A stretch of 64,000 nucleotides of DNA, from positions 26,446 through 90,445 of the IMG/VR virus record IMGVR_UViG_3300029288_007054. One strand, 5' to 3'. Below the pieces are notes generated by a model. That model searched no databases, was not told the origin of the DNA, and worked only from the letters and a program-made list of their open reading frames with translations. A program made the translations under genes and the position numbers. Source of the stretch: a virus (taxonomy: Duplodnaviria > Caudoviricetes). Position 1 is the stretch's first letter, and each line of letters begins with the position of its first letter. Below, in pieces: positions 27,548 to 38,092 of the stretch.

Positions 27548-27991
27548 CTATCTAATGATTTTCTTATATAATTGATTGATTTTTTCGATGAATTCTGGAA
27601 GAGAACCGTTGTTTTCTATAGTTTCTATGTTCGGCAGATTAATTGTAGAAACACCGGGGCGATATATCTGAAATGTTGTGATTTTGTTAGTTTCAGCCTC
27701 GTCCATAGATATGTCATCAAATACTATCATTGTTTTATCATCTGGAACCGTGATAAGAACAAGATTTAACCAGTATTCTTTACTTACTTTAACGCCCCTT
27801 CTTCTAACGTTATTCAAAGTAGACTTATCTTGTTGGATCTCTTTATTCGGAAATAGATACTTAGCAAATTCTCTTACTTTATCATTTATGCTAGCTTTAT
27901 GGAAACCTTTTCTTTTAAAGAAATCAGATGCTGTTGTTCTTCCACTGTTATGATCCCCTATAAAGCCTATAATTATTTTTTTCATTTGCAT
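27548..27991 (-). CDS. degenerate dNMP-kinase-like P-loop protein
   Basis: IIGFIGDHNSGRTT (R in place of K), WLNL, IVFDD, IENNGSL. Confidence 0.55.
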   Translation of the reverse strand: MQMKKIIIGFIGDHNSGRTTASDFFKRKGFHKASINDKVREFAKYLFPNKEIQQDKSTLNNVRRRGVKVSKEYWLNLVLITVPDDKTMIVFDDISMDEAETNKITTFQIYRPGVSTINLPNIETIENNGSLPEFIEKINQLYKKIIR

Positions 27992-28860
27992 TAATTAAAA
28001 GTTCTACCGACACCTGTGAATGGAATTTCGCAAACAATCGGCCCCACCATTCCTTCAACCTGAGAAGTATAGAATACAACATTCATTTTAATACTCAACC
28101 CGCCAGCAGCTATAAAATTTATTGAATTGACAGTGCTCGTTTGTGTAGGGATAAAACGCTGGCCTTGATCTAAATAACAAGAAATAGACCCTGTGACTTC
28201 CTGCATTCCTATCCTCAAGTCAGCTGGAAGTAAACCAGCGTTCTCTCCTGAACCCGTACCACAAGTATAAATATTTTGGATGTTGTTATTAATTTTCATC
28301 GAGAAGCCTCTGATTTGAGTGAATGAAGGATCTGAAGAAATGGTTACTTTATCCCATGTAACCATTTTTTCGGCTGTTATATATGATAATCCAGCGCTGC
28401 CTTCTTGTGTAGCATTCTTAGCAGCAATGTCAACTGTTATGTTTAATATATCTCCAGCTTGGATATTAACATCATAACCATTTACTCTACATTCCGTAAA
28501 TGAAATTTGACCATTACTTCCTCCAGTACCACCATCCTTGCAATAATATTGATAGGTTAGAGTTGGGATATATGTTCCACTAACTGCTTCGTCAAAAAAA
28601 GCCGATGCAGAATTTTCTGTGGCCGGGAATGATAGTGACCCACCTAAACGAATAACAGACGGTCTCCATATGCGCCTTTGAGTATTGACAGTTCCTACAG
28701 ATTCGCCCTTAGTAGTATTACCACTGGGGATGGTATCGTTTAATCCTATAACGTGATTAAAAAACTGCGCATCCTGAGTCGTATTCAAACCAAAAGAAGT
28801 GCATCTTATCTTTCGGCCTCCAACACTCATTAATCCAGTATAACCGGGTAATACATTCAC
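27991..28860 (-). CDS. possible tail tube / virion structural protein
   Basis: 289 aa, G/T/S-rich beta-type composition, alternating patterns resembling tube proteins. Confidence 0.4.
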   Translation of the reverse strand: MNVLPGYTGLMSVGGRKIRCTSFGLNTTQDAQFFNHVIGLNDTIPSGNTTKGESVGTVNTQRRIWRPSVIRLGGSLSFPATENSASAFFDEAVSGTYIPTLTYQYYCKDGGTGGSNGQISFTECRVNGYDVNIQAGDILNITVDIAAKNATQEGSAGLSYITAEKMVTWDKVTISSDPSFTQIRGFSMKINNNIQNIYTCGTGSGENAGLLPADLRIGMQEVTGSISCYLDQGQRFIPTQTSTVNSINFIAAGGLSIKMNVVFYTSQVEGMVGPIVCEIPFTGVGRTFN

Positions 28861-28875
28861 TACATTTACATCAGA

Positions 28876-30981
28876 TCAAAGTGTATCCAAATCATCTGTT
28901 GCGTCAGCGTTACTTTCGTCATTTCCTGTACCAGTGTCTTGTTCCGAAGCCTCCTTCTTAGGATATTTTTTGAAACTCTTTTTGTTACTTGGCGTACCGT
29001 CTAATTGTTCGCTATACGTGCATTTGGGGTACTTACTACACCCATAGAACTTATCTCCGCTACTCTTATTACTTCTTTCTACAAGCTCTCCATCCCTTCC
29101 TGCTTTTTGACAATCAGGACATTTTTTCCCGGTTGTTTTAAACTGCTTCTTCTCTTTTATAGAAAAAGTTCCATCCTCTGCCTTAGTGTAAACAGTCTTA
29201 CAATCAGGCCATTTATTACAAGAATAGAAAACCCCATACTGTCCTCTTTTTTCTACGATTTCGCCTTCTTTACAAACGATACATTTACCCATGACTTTCT
29301 GCTCCTTTTGCTGTGTTTCCGAATTACTCTCAGAACTCTTTATATGTTTCTGTAGAATTTCATATACTGACCCGACTACATCTAAATATGTCTTTTTACC
29401 ATCTGCTATTTCATCAAGGCTTTTTTCCAACATGGATGTATATTTTATATCCATAAAGAAATCCTTGAAATTGGGTTGCAAATAATCATTGATTCTTAAA
29501 CCCAAATCAGACGCTATTAAACCCTTACCTTTTCCCTTCTCAATATTCACATACATCTTTTTTTGAATAGAGGTAATAATTGAAGCCCTAGTAGCAGGTC
29601 TACCTACCCCATCCTTTTCCATTGCATTAGCTAATGTTCTTTCATTATACCTAGCTGGCGGTTCAGTAGTGTGCTTTGTTCGTTTAATATCCTTCAGATC
29701 AAGACACTCCTTTTCTGAAACTGGCGGCAATACTGCTTCTTTTGTTTTTGAATAAGGATAAATCTCTGTCCATCCTGCAAACTTTATACTCTGTCCTCTA
29801 GCAATCAGCGAATGTCCAGTATCAGTACTAACATAATATGCAACCGTATCAATGATCTGAGGAGTCATCTGACATGCTATAAATCTAGCTCTAATTAGCT
29901 TATACATTTTTTGTTCATCTGAGGAATCAATATCATTTCCTTCATCTTCAAGATGGGTTGGTCTTATACATTCATGAGCTTCTTGTGCTGCTGCGCTAGA
30001 TTTCTTAGCATAAACATTTGCACTAGCCGGGAGATATTCTTTTGAGAATCCATTTTGAATAAATCTTCTTACTTCTGTAATAGCTTCTGGTGCCACACTG
30101 AAAGAATCAGTTCTAATGTAAGTTACTTTACCTGCCTCATAAAGCTTCTGGGCGATAGTTTGAGATTTACTAAGACTCCATCCAAAAACAGAAGAGCATG
30201 ATCCCTGCAATGAATTTGTGTCAAAAGGAGGAAAAGGATTATTTCTCTTTTCTGCCTTTTCGATCTTATCCATCTTGTACTTTGCAGTTTTAAGCTTTTC
30301 AAGATCCTGAGCAGAAATTTTATCGTCTACGTACCTATTTTCTTTTTCTTTCGTGATAACTTTAGCCCAAAATTCACCTTTTTCGCACTTTAACAGAGCC
30401 TCTATAAACCAGTAATCTTCCGGTTTGAATGCGTCTATCTCTCTTTGCCTATCGCATACAAGTTTAAGGGCAACGCTTTGAACCCTGCCTGCTGAAGACT
30501 TGTTTATATGGGCCGAATACCATAAAACAGGAGAGACCTTATATCCGATCAGCCTATCCAAAACCTGCCTAGCCTTTTGAGCGTCCACAAGATTTTGATC
30601 TATATCTCTAGGGGATTTAAGGGCATTTAAAATATCTGTTTTTGTAATCTTGTCAAAGGCCACTCTTTTACATTTCTTCTGTGAGGCCTTGTCTAAAACA
30701 TCATAAATGTGAAAGGCAATTCCTTCGCCTTCCCGGTCCATGTCAGTAGCTAGAAATATTTCATCTGCTTTTTTTGCTGCTTCTTGTATTTTCTTAACTA
30801 CATCCTTCTTATCCTTGGAAATTTCATATTTCGGCACGAAACCGTTCTTAACATCTATATTTATTCCTTTTTTAGGGATCTCCCTGATATGTCCAACAGA
30901 TGCCATTACGTTATAATCAGCCCCAAGATATGATTTAATCTTAACGCATTTATTTGGTGATTCTACTATAAACAATTTCAT
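28876..30981 (-). CDS. topA: type IA DNA topoisomerase
   Basis: [22 protein letters not shown], catalytic [18 protein letters not shown]-terminal zinc ribbons. Confidence 0.97.
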   Translation of the reverse strand: MKLFIVESPNKCVKIKSYLGADYNVMASVGHIREIPKKGINIDVKNGFVPKYEISKDKKDVVKKIQEAAKKADEIFLATDMDREGEGIAFHIYDVLDKASQKKCKRVAFDKITKTDILNALKSPRDIDQNLVDAQKARQVLDRLIGYKVSPVLWYSAHINKSSAGRVQSVALKLVCDRQREIDAFKPEDYWFIEALLKCEKGEFWAKVITKEKENRYVDDKISAQDLEKLKTAKYKMDKIEKAEKRNNPFPPFDTNSLQGSCSSVFGWSLSKSQTIAQKLYEAGKVTYIRTDSFSVAPEAITEVRRFIQNGFSKEYLPASANVYAKKSSAAAQEAHECIRPTHLEDEGNDIDSSDEQKMYKLIRARFIACQMTPQIIDTVAYYVSTDTGHSLIARGQSIKFAGWTEIYPYSKTKEAVLPPVSEKECLDLKDIKRTKHTTEPPARYNERTLANAMEKDGVGRPATRASIITSIQKKMYVNIEKGKGKGLIASDLGLRINDYLQPNFKDFFMDIKYTSMLEKSLDEIADGKKTYLDVVGSVYEILQKHIKSSESNSETQQKEQKVMGKCIVCKEGEIVEKRGQYGVFYSCNKWPDCKTVYTKAEDGTFSIKEKKQFKTTGKKCPDCQKAGRDGELVERSNKSSGDKFYGCSKYPKCTYSEQLDGTPSNKKSFKKYPKKEASEQDTGTGNDESNADATDDLDTL

Positions 30982-31547
30982 ATTTTACTCCCACAGCATT
31001 TTTTATACTTCTTGCCACTACCACATGGGCATGGATCGTTTCTGCCTATCTTTTCATTCTCTCTTTTTGTAGGAATTGCTTTTATATCATAATCGATAAT
31101 TAGCTTCCCCTCAAAGTGATCAAGCTCATGTTGAACCGCTATAGCAATCAAACCATCGTTTCCGGGTTCATCTTCTTTGGAGTAGTAAAAAGACAATTTT
31201 TCATCTTCAAAATGATCATTTTCTATCCTTCGATTCTTAATTACAATCTGTCGATATCTTTTAGTATCTCGAAAGATGTCAGGGAAGGAGAGGCATCCCT
31301 CCCTAACAAATATCATTTCATCTTCTGCTTCAATCAATTCGGGATTTATTAAATGGATAAAGCTTTCTCCCTTTTTAATAACCCCCAATCTTTTATTTTG
31401 TCCAATTTGGATTGCTGCAAGTCCAATGCCATGATCTAGCGGCCTGAGCGTGTTTTCAAGCGCTTCAATTAGAAATTGAGCCTCACCAACAGAAGTAATC
31501 GGTTCTGATTTTTTTCTAAGAGCATCTATATCTTGGACAATTTTCAC
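30978..31547 (-). CDS. def: peptide deformylase with C-terminal SEC-C motif
   Basis: [21 protein letters not shown]; [18 protein letters not shown]. Confidence 0.93.
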   Translation of the reverse strand: MKIVQDIDALRKKSEPITSVGEAQFLIEALENTLRPLDHGIGLAAIQIGQNKRLGVIKKGESFIHLINPELIEAEDEMIFVREGCLSFPDIFRDTKRYRQIVIKNRRIENDHFEDEKLSFYYSKEDEPGNDGLIAIAVQHELDHFEGKLIIDYDIKAIPTKRENEKIGRNDPCPCGSGKKYKKCCGSKI

Positions 31548-32419
31548 TTATCTCCTCTCAAAAAATAAGTTCCACTATCATTATCAAAACCCACAATATT
31601 TTTCTTGTATAATTCGGCTATACATTTAGATAGGGACTCATGAATCATCTTATGCTCAGATCTATTACATAAATATAAATTATTTATTGAATTGTTAAAC
31701 GTATCTCCATCTATATGATGAACTACTTCGTTTCGATATAAACTTCTTCCTATTATTTGTTCAATAATATACATATGTATTGCCCTATTTTCTCCTTTTT
31801 TAGAGATATAGTTGCTATTTCTATTAGCCTTTTTAAAAATCTGAGGAATAATACTAGTTAAGTCAGCTTTTAAAACCGCCCCACCATATTTGTTAACAGG
31901 ATTAAAAACAGGACAGACGATGGTTTGATATATACCTAAAAATTCATTGAACCAAACTCTTTTATTTAGCATTGCCATTGCTATTTGTTCCATTTTATGA
32001 TGACATTTTCTATGTTCTTTGCAACTAGCAAAAATAAATAAGTTATCCATTGAATTATTTAACTTCACACAACTAATATGATGAACTTGTTCCCCATGAA
32101 TAAGTTTTCTGCCAAGTTTTTTTTCAGCAATAACTCTATGCTCAAACTGGTTCTTCCCTTCATAATAAATTCTACGATACCCATCTGGAGATATACCACC
32201 TTTGAACTTCTTATTCTGATCACCTATAATTATCTTTTTATATTCTCTAGCATTAGCACACATTAAGCACAAATGTTTTCCGGGATGACGTTTTTGACCT
32301 AGTTTAAAAGAAGAACTAAACATTTCAAATTCCTCTTTGCATTTATCACATGATAGCAATATTTTTTTATCATGTTTATCACATTTTTTTCTTTTGACTC
32401 TAAACGACCTAATAATCAT
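31544..32419 (-). CDS. tandem-HNH homing endonuclease-like protein
   Basis: Two HR/HM...GR.L...E.VHHI....NN...NL modules. Confidence 0.85.
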   Translation of the reverse strand: MIIRSFRVKRKKCDKHDKKILLSCDKCKEEFEMFSSSFKLGQKRHPGKHLCLMCANAREYKKIIIGDQNKKFKGGISPDGYRRIYYEGKNQFEHRVIAEKKLGRKLIHGEQVHHISCVKLNNSMDNLFIFASCKEHRKCHHKMEQIAMAMLNKRVWFNEFLGIYQTIVCPVFNPVNKYGGAVLKADLTSIIPQIFKKANRNSNYISKKGENRAIHMYIIEQIIGRSLYRNEVVHHIDGDTFNNSINNLYLCNRSEHKMIHESLSKCIAELYKKNIVGFDNDSGTYFLRGDK

Positions 32420-32420
32420 A

Positions 32421-32471
32421 TTCCAATCCCTCCAATGTTTTATATGATATAATTCAATAGAGGGATTGGAA
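32421..32471 (-). promoter_or_regulatory. SD-sequestering hairpin upstream of the HNH gene
   Basis: Perfect 12-bp inverted repeat 32421-32432/32460-32471 covering most of GGAGG (32429-32433). Confidence 0.75.
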
Positions 32472-32485
32472 AACTTCTTTTTACT

Positions 32486-33088
32486 TTAAAATATATCTCC
32501 TTTAGATTCGTCTACCGCATCTGTGGCGGGGACGGTTCCTTTATTATCTAATACCTTTTTGGGACGACCTCTTTTATTTTTTTCTATTTCATTCTCAGGT
32601 ATTTCGTCCTTTTCTTCTAGTTCTTCTTCCATACTTGGCCTAAGTTCTAAATTGAATTTAACATCTTCTAAAATTAAATTAGGAAGATCCTTAGAGTTAA
32701 CCCAATTTACTCCAACTTTATCGAGTACTAATTTGAAATCTTCACAATCATGTTTAATGGTTTTACCTACTTCGCTATGAATATGAAGTAATTCATGCAA
32801 AAGAATCCATTGACGTTTCTTTTCATCCCACTCTTTCCAGTCCGACCAGTAAATTTCCAAAATATACCTAACCGGAATATTATTGTCCTGAAGCACTGCC
32901 TTTTCGCATCCTTTAACTGGTTTAATTTTGGCCAATGTAGTATTCTTTTCCGACCTTTCCTTATTTTCGATGCCATAAACGGCAATCATCTGAGGCCTGA
33001 CACACCACAATACATCAGGCTGTTTCTCACACAACTGCTTCACCATCTCTTCAGCTTCCTTTACTCTTGAATATACTTTTTCTGTCAT
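32486..33088 (-). CDS. putative phage metallopeptidase
   Basis: LLHELLHI...HDCEDF. Confidence 0.75.
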   Translation of the reverse strand: MTEKVYSRVKEAEEMVKQLCEKQPDVLWCVRPQMIAVYGIENKERSEKNTTLAKIKPVKGCEKAVLQDNNIPVRYILEIYWSDWKEWDEKKRQWILLHELLHIHSEVGKTIKHDCEDFKLVLDKVGVNWVNSKDLPNLILEDVKFNLELRPSMEEELEEKDEIPENEIEKNKRGRPKKVLDNKGTVPATDAVDESKGDIF

Positions 33089-33101
33089 TACCGTCTCCCT
33101 T

Positions 33102-33311
33102 TTACTTTGTTTTTTCCACTCTAAAATTAATGATATCGTCAACTGGCAAAATATCAATCTCTACGGCATGATGAGTTATAAATGGAACCCCTTCGGTGAT
33201 TGCCTTATTCAATTCTTTTTTTACCCAGTTTATATCAGCTTGACTTGCAGGCCTTTCATCAGTGCCAACTTTCACAATCATTAACTTCTTTAGTTTCTTT
33301 GATTCTTTCAT
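33102..33311 (-). CDS. small hypothetical protein
   Basis: 69-aa ORF with GGAG SD. Confidence 0.6.
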   Translation of the reverse strand: MKESKKLKKLMIVKVGTDERPASQADINWVKKELNKAITEGVPFITHHAVEIDILPVDDIINFRVEKTK

Positions 33312-33335
33312 TGCTGTTCTCCTTTTTGTTAATTA

Positions 33336-34091
33336 TTATACATATCTTACCCGAACATTCTTACAATAAGTTTTAGCTATCTTTAAAAGCTCGTCAACTT
33401 CTTCTGGTTCATATGGTGTAACATTATACGCATCTTCACTCAACATGTTTTTATTGTGCCTGAATTGTTGCAATATCCATGCGCAATCTGATCTCAACAT
33501 GGAACCTATTTCTTCGATAGCCTTTTTATCTATAAATAAAGGATAGAGAGTAGTCCTAACTTCGTAATCGAAATCCTTTCTATGTAACTTAGCCTCTATC
33601 AACTGAACATGTGATCTAATTAGACTCATACCATACGACTTATTAAATTCAGGTATCATATTTTCCGATTCTGAAGCTATTTGAGATATATCTTCTGATC
33701 TGGCGCATTTAAAATCCAAAGCTACATAGTTGACCAACGGAAGTACTTTTTTTAGTATTTCAGGCATATTACCATTAGTAGACATCCCAACCATGCACCC
33801 CCATGACTTTAACTCGTTTATAAGGGCAATAAGAGCTCCTACTGGGGTTACAGTGGGTTCTCCTCCACTAAGCATAATCCATTCACATCTTTCTTTTAAA
33901 ACATATTGCTTAATTTCCTCGATATTTAGGGGCGCAATACGCTCATTTTTAACAAGTCTAGCATTCATACAATATGGACATCTAAGATTACAACCTTTGA
34001 GGAATATAGACGGAGCAAAGACATTATGTCCAGCCTCACTCGTTTTATTAAATCCATATATGTTAGGTAACTTTTTCATAAGTCTTTTCAT
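33336..34091 (-). CDS. radical SAM protein, anaerobic ribonucleotide reductase activase-like
   Basis: GCNLRCPYCMN (CxxxCxxC), LSGGEPT, YEVRTT. Confidence 0.85.
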   Translation of the reverse strand: MKRLMKKLPNIYGFNKTSEAGHNVFAPSIFLKGCNLRCPYCMNARLVKNERIAPLNIEEIKQYVLKERCEWIMLSGGEPTVTPVGALIALINELKSWGCMVGMSTNGNMPEILKKVLPLVNYVALDFKCARSEDISQIASESENMIPEFNKSYGMSLIRSHVQLIEAKLHRKDFDYEVRTTLYPLFIDKKAIEEIGSMLRSDCAWILQQFRHNKNMLSEDAYNVTPYEPEEVDELLKIAKTYCKNVRVRYV

Positions 34092-34518
34092 TCCCATGTA
34101 GATAGATAAGGTTAAGCTCTTCGCTATATTTCCTACTTTTTTGAAGCGCATCATATAGCAATTTCCTATGACAATGGGCTCCTTCGGCAGTGTTTTCCCA
34201 ACAGCATAGATAATAGTCATGTGATAAAGCTAAATTTTCTAACCATCCGGTAACTGCTGGTTTTCTAGTTCTCATAAGAGACATAAACGCATCAGTATAA
34301 CTTTGCCAATCGTTATCTTGTTTATACTTTTGCAATATTTCCCATGTGGGGCAAAAGAAATCTAAACGTGGAATATTTTCATCGACATAAGGAAGTTTGT
34401 CTCCAGAAGGTTTTTTTAAAGCGATAGAATAAACCGTAAAAGGAATAGTTATTACTTCCTTCTGCAAAAAATAATTAACTTGCCAAAAATTCGTAAACAC
34501 CAATGTCGGTTTGCTCAA
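34063..34518 (-). CDS. DUF488-like protein
   Basis: CPTWEIL, W..Y...F, LCCWE...HCHR. Confidence 0.65.
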   Translation of the reverse strand: MSKPTLVFTNFWQVNYFLQKEVITIPFTVYSIALKKPSGDKLPYVDENIPRLDFFCPTWEILQKYKQDNDWQSYTDAFMSLMRTRKPAVTGWLENLALSHDYYLCCWENTAEGAHCHRKLLYDALQKSRKYSEELNLIYLHGNEKTYEKVT

Positions 34519-34778
34519 TTTTTTGCTGCCTTTTTAATTGCTTCGTTTAATTCTTTTTCAGAACAACTTTTAACAAATACGCTATTCCCTATTACAACTC
34601 CGGGCAGATCGTTTATTCCCCGATTAATAGCTAGGGTTATAGCCTCTTTAGTATCATAGTGCATTTTGTGCAGTTTGCAATCTATTTTTTTACAATTAGA
34701 GATGGCATTTTCGAGGTTGTTTAATACTTCTTTACAATGAGTACAGTCAGCAGCATAAATAAAGAATATATGGACCAT
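34515..34778 (-). CDS. thioredoxin/glutaredoxin-like protein
   Basis: CTHC near the N-terminus, DLPGVVIG cis-Pro segment. Confidence 0.7.
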   Translation of the reverse strand: MVHIFFIYAADCTHCKEVLNNLENAISNCKKIDCKLHKMHYDTKEAITLAINRGINDLPGVVIGNSVFVKSCSEKELNEAIKKAAKN

Positions 34779-34785
34779 GTTAATC

Positions 34786-35247
34786 CTATAGTCTTTGGGC
34801 CGTAACGGGAAGACGTTTCATTATCCTCTTTAGACGACCATATGGCTTAACATCAAGTATTAAACACTTAGCAATATCTCTCTTATCTACCCAACCAACG
34901 TCAGAATTATTAACGTAACCAAGATATTCCTTATACTTGCCTAAATTCTTTAATGTAGGAACAAGCATCTTAACCATTTCCTTATAGTCATTGCGATGGT
35001 CCATCTTCTTAGCTATCAATCCATCTGAATCCTGCGTAGCCTCTATTACTCTCATAAACAATAGCCATTCTGCCTTGGTCATTTTAGCTGTGTCTTTCTT
35101 GTATATCTTAGAATACTTTGAGAACGTTTTTTTATCAAGAATAGGTCTAAGGCTTTCTAGATCTTTTTTCGTCATTTGACAATATTTTAAGCCGTCTCTT
35201 GTTATTACTGTGCATTCTGGGACTTTCGTTTTTTTCTTCATTATCAA
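34786..35247 (-). CDS. hypothetical protein
   Basis: 153-aa ORF. Confidence 0.6.
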   Translation of the reverse strand: MIMKKKTKVPECTVITRDGLKYCQMTKKDLESLRPILDKKTFSKYSKIYKKDTAKMTKAEWLLFMRVIEATQDSDGLIAKKMDHRNDYKEMVKMLVPTLKNLGKYKEYLGYVNNSDVGWVDKRDIAKCLILDVKPYGRLKRIMKRLPVTAQRL

Positions 35248-35251
35248 CTCC

Positions 35252-35545
35252 TTAGTATTTTAGTTTTGCATGATCTTTAATTTTATTGTTCAAATCCGGG
35301 TCAAAAACAGCATAAATAAATTTATTCTCTTTTCCCAAGTATGTATATTTTAAAATGTCAACGTATTTTTCCATTTCCCTTACTATGTCATCTTCTGTTC
35401 TGTTACCAAAAGATGCGATAGCGTTTCTATGAATTTGACTCCTAAACCTTCCTTGTTCGCATTCTAATAACAGCAGAACCGATTGCGCCTCTTTAATATA
35501 TTCGGCGTCTATTAATCTGGCCTTAATTTTTTTTGTTTCTGACAT
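35252..35545 (-). CDS. hypothetical protein
   Basis: 97-aa ORF. Confidence 0.6.
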   Translation of the reverse strand: MSETKKIKARLIDAEYIKEAQSVLLLLECEQGRFRSQIHRNAIASFGNRTEDDIVREMEKYVDILKYTYLGKENKFIYAVFDPDLNNKIKDHAKLKY

Positions 35546-35557
35546 GTTATTGCCCTA

Positions 35558-36382
35558 TCAATAATTTTCCAAATTAGGCATGTCTTTTGCGAATTTCTGT
35601 CTGATTACATCTTTTAAACAGGCTATTTGGGCTTCTATCGTTTGGAAGCTAGCTGCCATCATGAAATCCGTTAATTTCACCAACCAATCTTCACCGAAAA
35701 TCTTAAGCAATAGCCAGTCATGAAAAGTTCTATAGTTTGCCTTTTGTCCTATCTGTGCTTCAGAAAAATTGCCGACCCTACTATCCAGCATATCTAGCTG
35801 TTTAAATAATTCTTCTATAACTTCCTTAGTAAGGGGTTTGCTTTCATCTTTCATTTTTACATAAGGGCATTGAGTATTCAGTGGAAGCTGCTCTCTTTTG
35901 AGCAAACCGTCATAAGCTTTTTCAAATTTATCTACCCTCTCTTTATACATCGTACTAGGCCATAGACCATATAGTCTACAATTTAACGGTCTGAATTCAT
36001 ACCATTTACACCTATTCTTTTCTGACAAAAGCATGCAGGGTTTAATTAACGTTTTCATTCCAAATTTTTCAAACTGATTATAAAAGAAATATTCGACACT
36101 CTTACATATTATTTCTATCTTTTCAGATCTGTCCGTAGTCTTCCATATTTCGTTAATAAGCTGAGAAAACTCACAATAATTCATACTTGGGCATGCAGTT
36201 TTACAGCATTCACAAGTTCCGTTACAAGTACTATCCAAATTAATAAACCCATAATAAATATCATGAAGTACTTGTTTGAGCTCTATCTTTTTTGTCGGCT
36301 TCTTGCTATTATTAAGGAATCTTTTGATCCTGTATTTGTTGTTTTTAGTTCTGCTGCTATTCTTATTTTTGGACATTTCCAT
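35558..36382 (-). CDS. YkgJ-family Cys-cluster protein
   Basis: C..TCECC, PCMLL...C..YEFRPLNCRLYG. Confidence 0.8.
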   Translation of the reverse strand: MEMSKNKNSSRTKNNKYRIKRFLNNSKKPTKKIELKQVLHDIYYGFINLDSTCNGTCECCKTACPSMNYCEFSQLINEIWKTTDRSEKIEIICKSVEYFFYNQFEKFGMKTLIKPCMLLSEKNRCKWYEFRPLNCRLYGLWPSTMYKERVDKFEKAYDGLLKREQLPLNTQCPYVKMKDESKPLTKEVIEELFKQLDMLDSRVGNFSEAQIGQKANYRTFHDWLLLKIFGEDWLVKLTDFMMAASFQTIEAQIACLKDVIRQKFAKDMPNLENY

Positions 36383-36398
36383 TCTCCCAGCTGTATTT

Positions 36399-36632
36399 TT
36401 ATAACTTCATTTCTATGTTTAATTTAAGTTCAAAATAATCATCTGTTTCTTTCCAGACTTTTTCTCTTGGAATATGCAATACGTCAAGCGTTATCTCAGC
36501 CCCTTCCTGTGTCATCCAAGGATCACCATCTGGATGTGGTTCAAATTTCATATACTGAATTCCTTCGTCGTCTTCTATATATGCTTGAGGACTCCGCTTG
36601 TATAACCTGACTTTATATGGATAAACAATCAT
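36399..36632 (-). CDS. hypothetical protein
   Basis: 77-aa ORF, coupled. Confidence 0.6.
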   Translation of the reverse strand: MIVYPYKVRLYKRSPQAYIEDDEGIQYMKFEPHPDGDPWMTQEGAEITLDVLHIPREKVWKETDDYFELKLNIEMKL

Positions 36633-37273
36633 TTATCAACTTCGAGTTTAGCTACTGCATAATCATTAATTATACAGATTCCAATCTCTTCCGTAACAGT
36701 CCATTTTTTACAAAATTCGTCAGCCATTTTATTTCGCCTCTTTGCTTCTTCTACTTTTTCTTCGTAAGTCATTTCTTTGGGTGGATCTAGATAATAATGG
36801 CCGTTCTCACTTTCAACACTAATGCCACAACTTTTACACTTAAAAACAATTTTATAATGATTTTCCCATACCCCGTTTTTATCAGGGCCGCTACTAAGGC
36901 ATTCTAATGGCTGATTTGTCACCTTATCTAATTCTTCTCTAATTACGTCACCGCCACACTTGCTACATGTATAAATATAACCCTCAAAACATCCCGGTAT
37001 TCCTTTTAAAATTTTACTGTCCTCAGAAACATACCATGCTATATATTTTTCCCTTTCGCCCATCTCTTTAACTTGCAAGGTAAAAGTTTTGTGACATTTT
37101 TCACATTCACATTGGGTCGTTAAATGATTATTGTACCCGCCCACTAAAGTTTCAAAGGTTCCGTTATTCTTAACTTTTTCAGAATTACAATAAGGGCAAA
37201 TGAGCTTATCACGGTGGATTTTGGGATCATGCCGTTCTTTAACGATATCTAAAAATGCGTTGTACTTTGCCAT
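36629..37273 (-). CDS. multi-zinc-ribbon hypothetical protein
   Basis: CPYC, CEKC, CSKC, CKSC. Confidence 0.7.
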   Translation of the reverse strand: MAKYNAFLDIVKERHDPKIHRDKLICPYCNSEKVKNNGTFETLVGGYNNHLTTQCECEKCHKTFTLQVKEMGEREKYIAWYVSEDSKILKGIPGCFEGYIYTCSKCGGDVIREELDKVTNQPLECLSSGPDKNGVWENHYKIVFKCKSCGISVESENGHYYLDPPKEMTYEEKVEEAKRRNKMADEFCKKWTVTEEIGICIINDYAVAKLEVDK

Positions 37274-37281
37274 TGCGTCTC

Positions 37282-37446
37282 CTAGTATGTTTTCCAGTAC
37301 ATTCTAATATCATCATTATCAATATAATACTGTCGTCCAAGTGCCCTATATTCATCTGTATCTTTCTTGCCCTCTTTTTCTAATTCATCCATCTTTTCTC
37401 TAATTTTCTGATCCTCTTCCAGTCTTGCATCAGTTACATTACTCAT
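37282..37446 (-). CDS. 54-aa acidic hypothetical protein (MSNVTDARLEED...)
   Basis: Manual translation; AGGAG SD; its TAG overlaps the next gene's SD. Confidence 0.55.
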   Translation of the reverse strand: MSNVTDARLEEDQKIREKMDELEKEGKKDTDEYRALGRQYYIDNDDIRMYWKTY

Positions 37447-37574
37447 TTTATTCTCCTATTGAAAGGATTACATTTCCAATCTTGATACGACTTGTTAAGT
37501 ACCCAATTCCTGTAGCACCACAGTTTCCATCCTTCTTTCATACCTTTTAGAAATTTTAAAATTATCTCTTTCAT
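37443..37574 (-). CDS. 43-aa hypothetical protein (MKEIILKFL...)
   Basis: Manual translation; ATGA overlaps at both ends. Confidence 0.45.
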   Translation of the reverse strand: MKEIILKFLKGMKEGWKLWCYRNWVLNKSYQDWKCNPFNRRIK

Positions 37575-38092
37575 GTTGTTTTCTTTATTTCATTGCCGCT
37601 AGGATCTATCTCCATCCATTTTGTTCGTTCTTTATCCAACGACTTAAAGAACTTGAAAATATTTAACGGACACCTAAAAAACGGTTCGTTTTTAGTATTA
37701 ATATTAGAACACCTACAATCTTTATTTTTGGGTTTTATTCCATGGATTTCTTTCATTTTAGTAACCGCTATCGTATCCCAATGCTTATTAGACATGACAT
37801 AAACATCTGCTTCGCTTTTGTTTTTTCTAAATGGCACATCTAATGTAGGCCATCCCTGCCATGCCCCAGATACATCCCAACAATCGATTTTTCTTTCTGC
37901 TTCTACCAAAATAGTTCTATTTAGCAACAGATGAAAAATCTCAAAGTCTAATCGCTTAAACTTTTCGTGCTGTTCTTTTATGGGAATATCTAATCTATAA
38001 TATCCCTTCGACAAAAGAAATCTAGAGGCTAAAATTTTCGCCTTCAAATCATTCTTGTCATAATCTTCTTGAGAAAAAGGTTTATGGTTCAT
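37571..38092 (-). CDS. hypothetical protein, possible PD-(D/E)XK fold
   Basis: D...VEAERK pattern. Confidence 0.55.
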   Translation of the reverse strand: MNHKPFSQEDYDKNDLKAKILASRFLLSKGYYRLDIPIKEQHEKFKRLDFEIFHLLLNRTILVEAERKIDCWDVSGAWQGWPTLDVPFRKNKSEADVYVMSNKHWDTIAVTKMKEIHGIKPKNKDCRCSNINTKNEPFFRCPLNIFKFFKSLDKERTKWMEIDPSGNEIKKTT

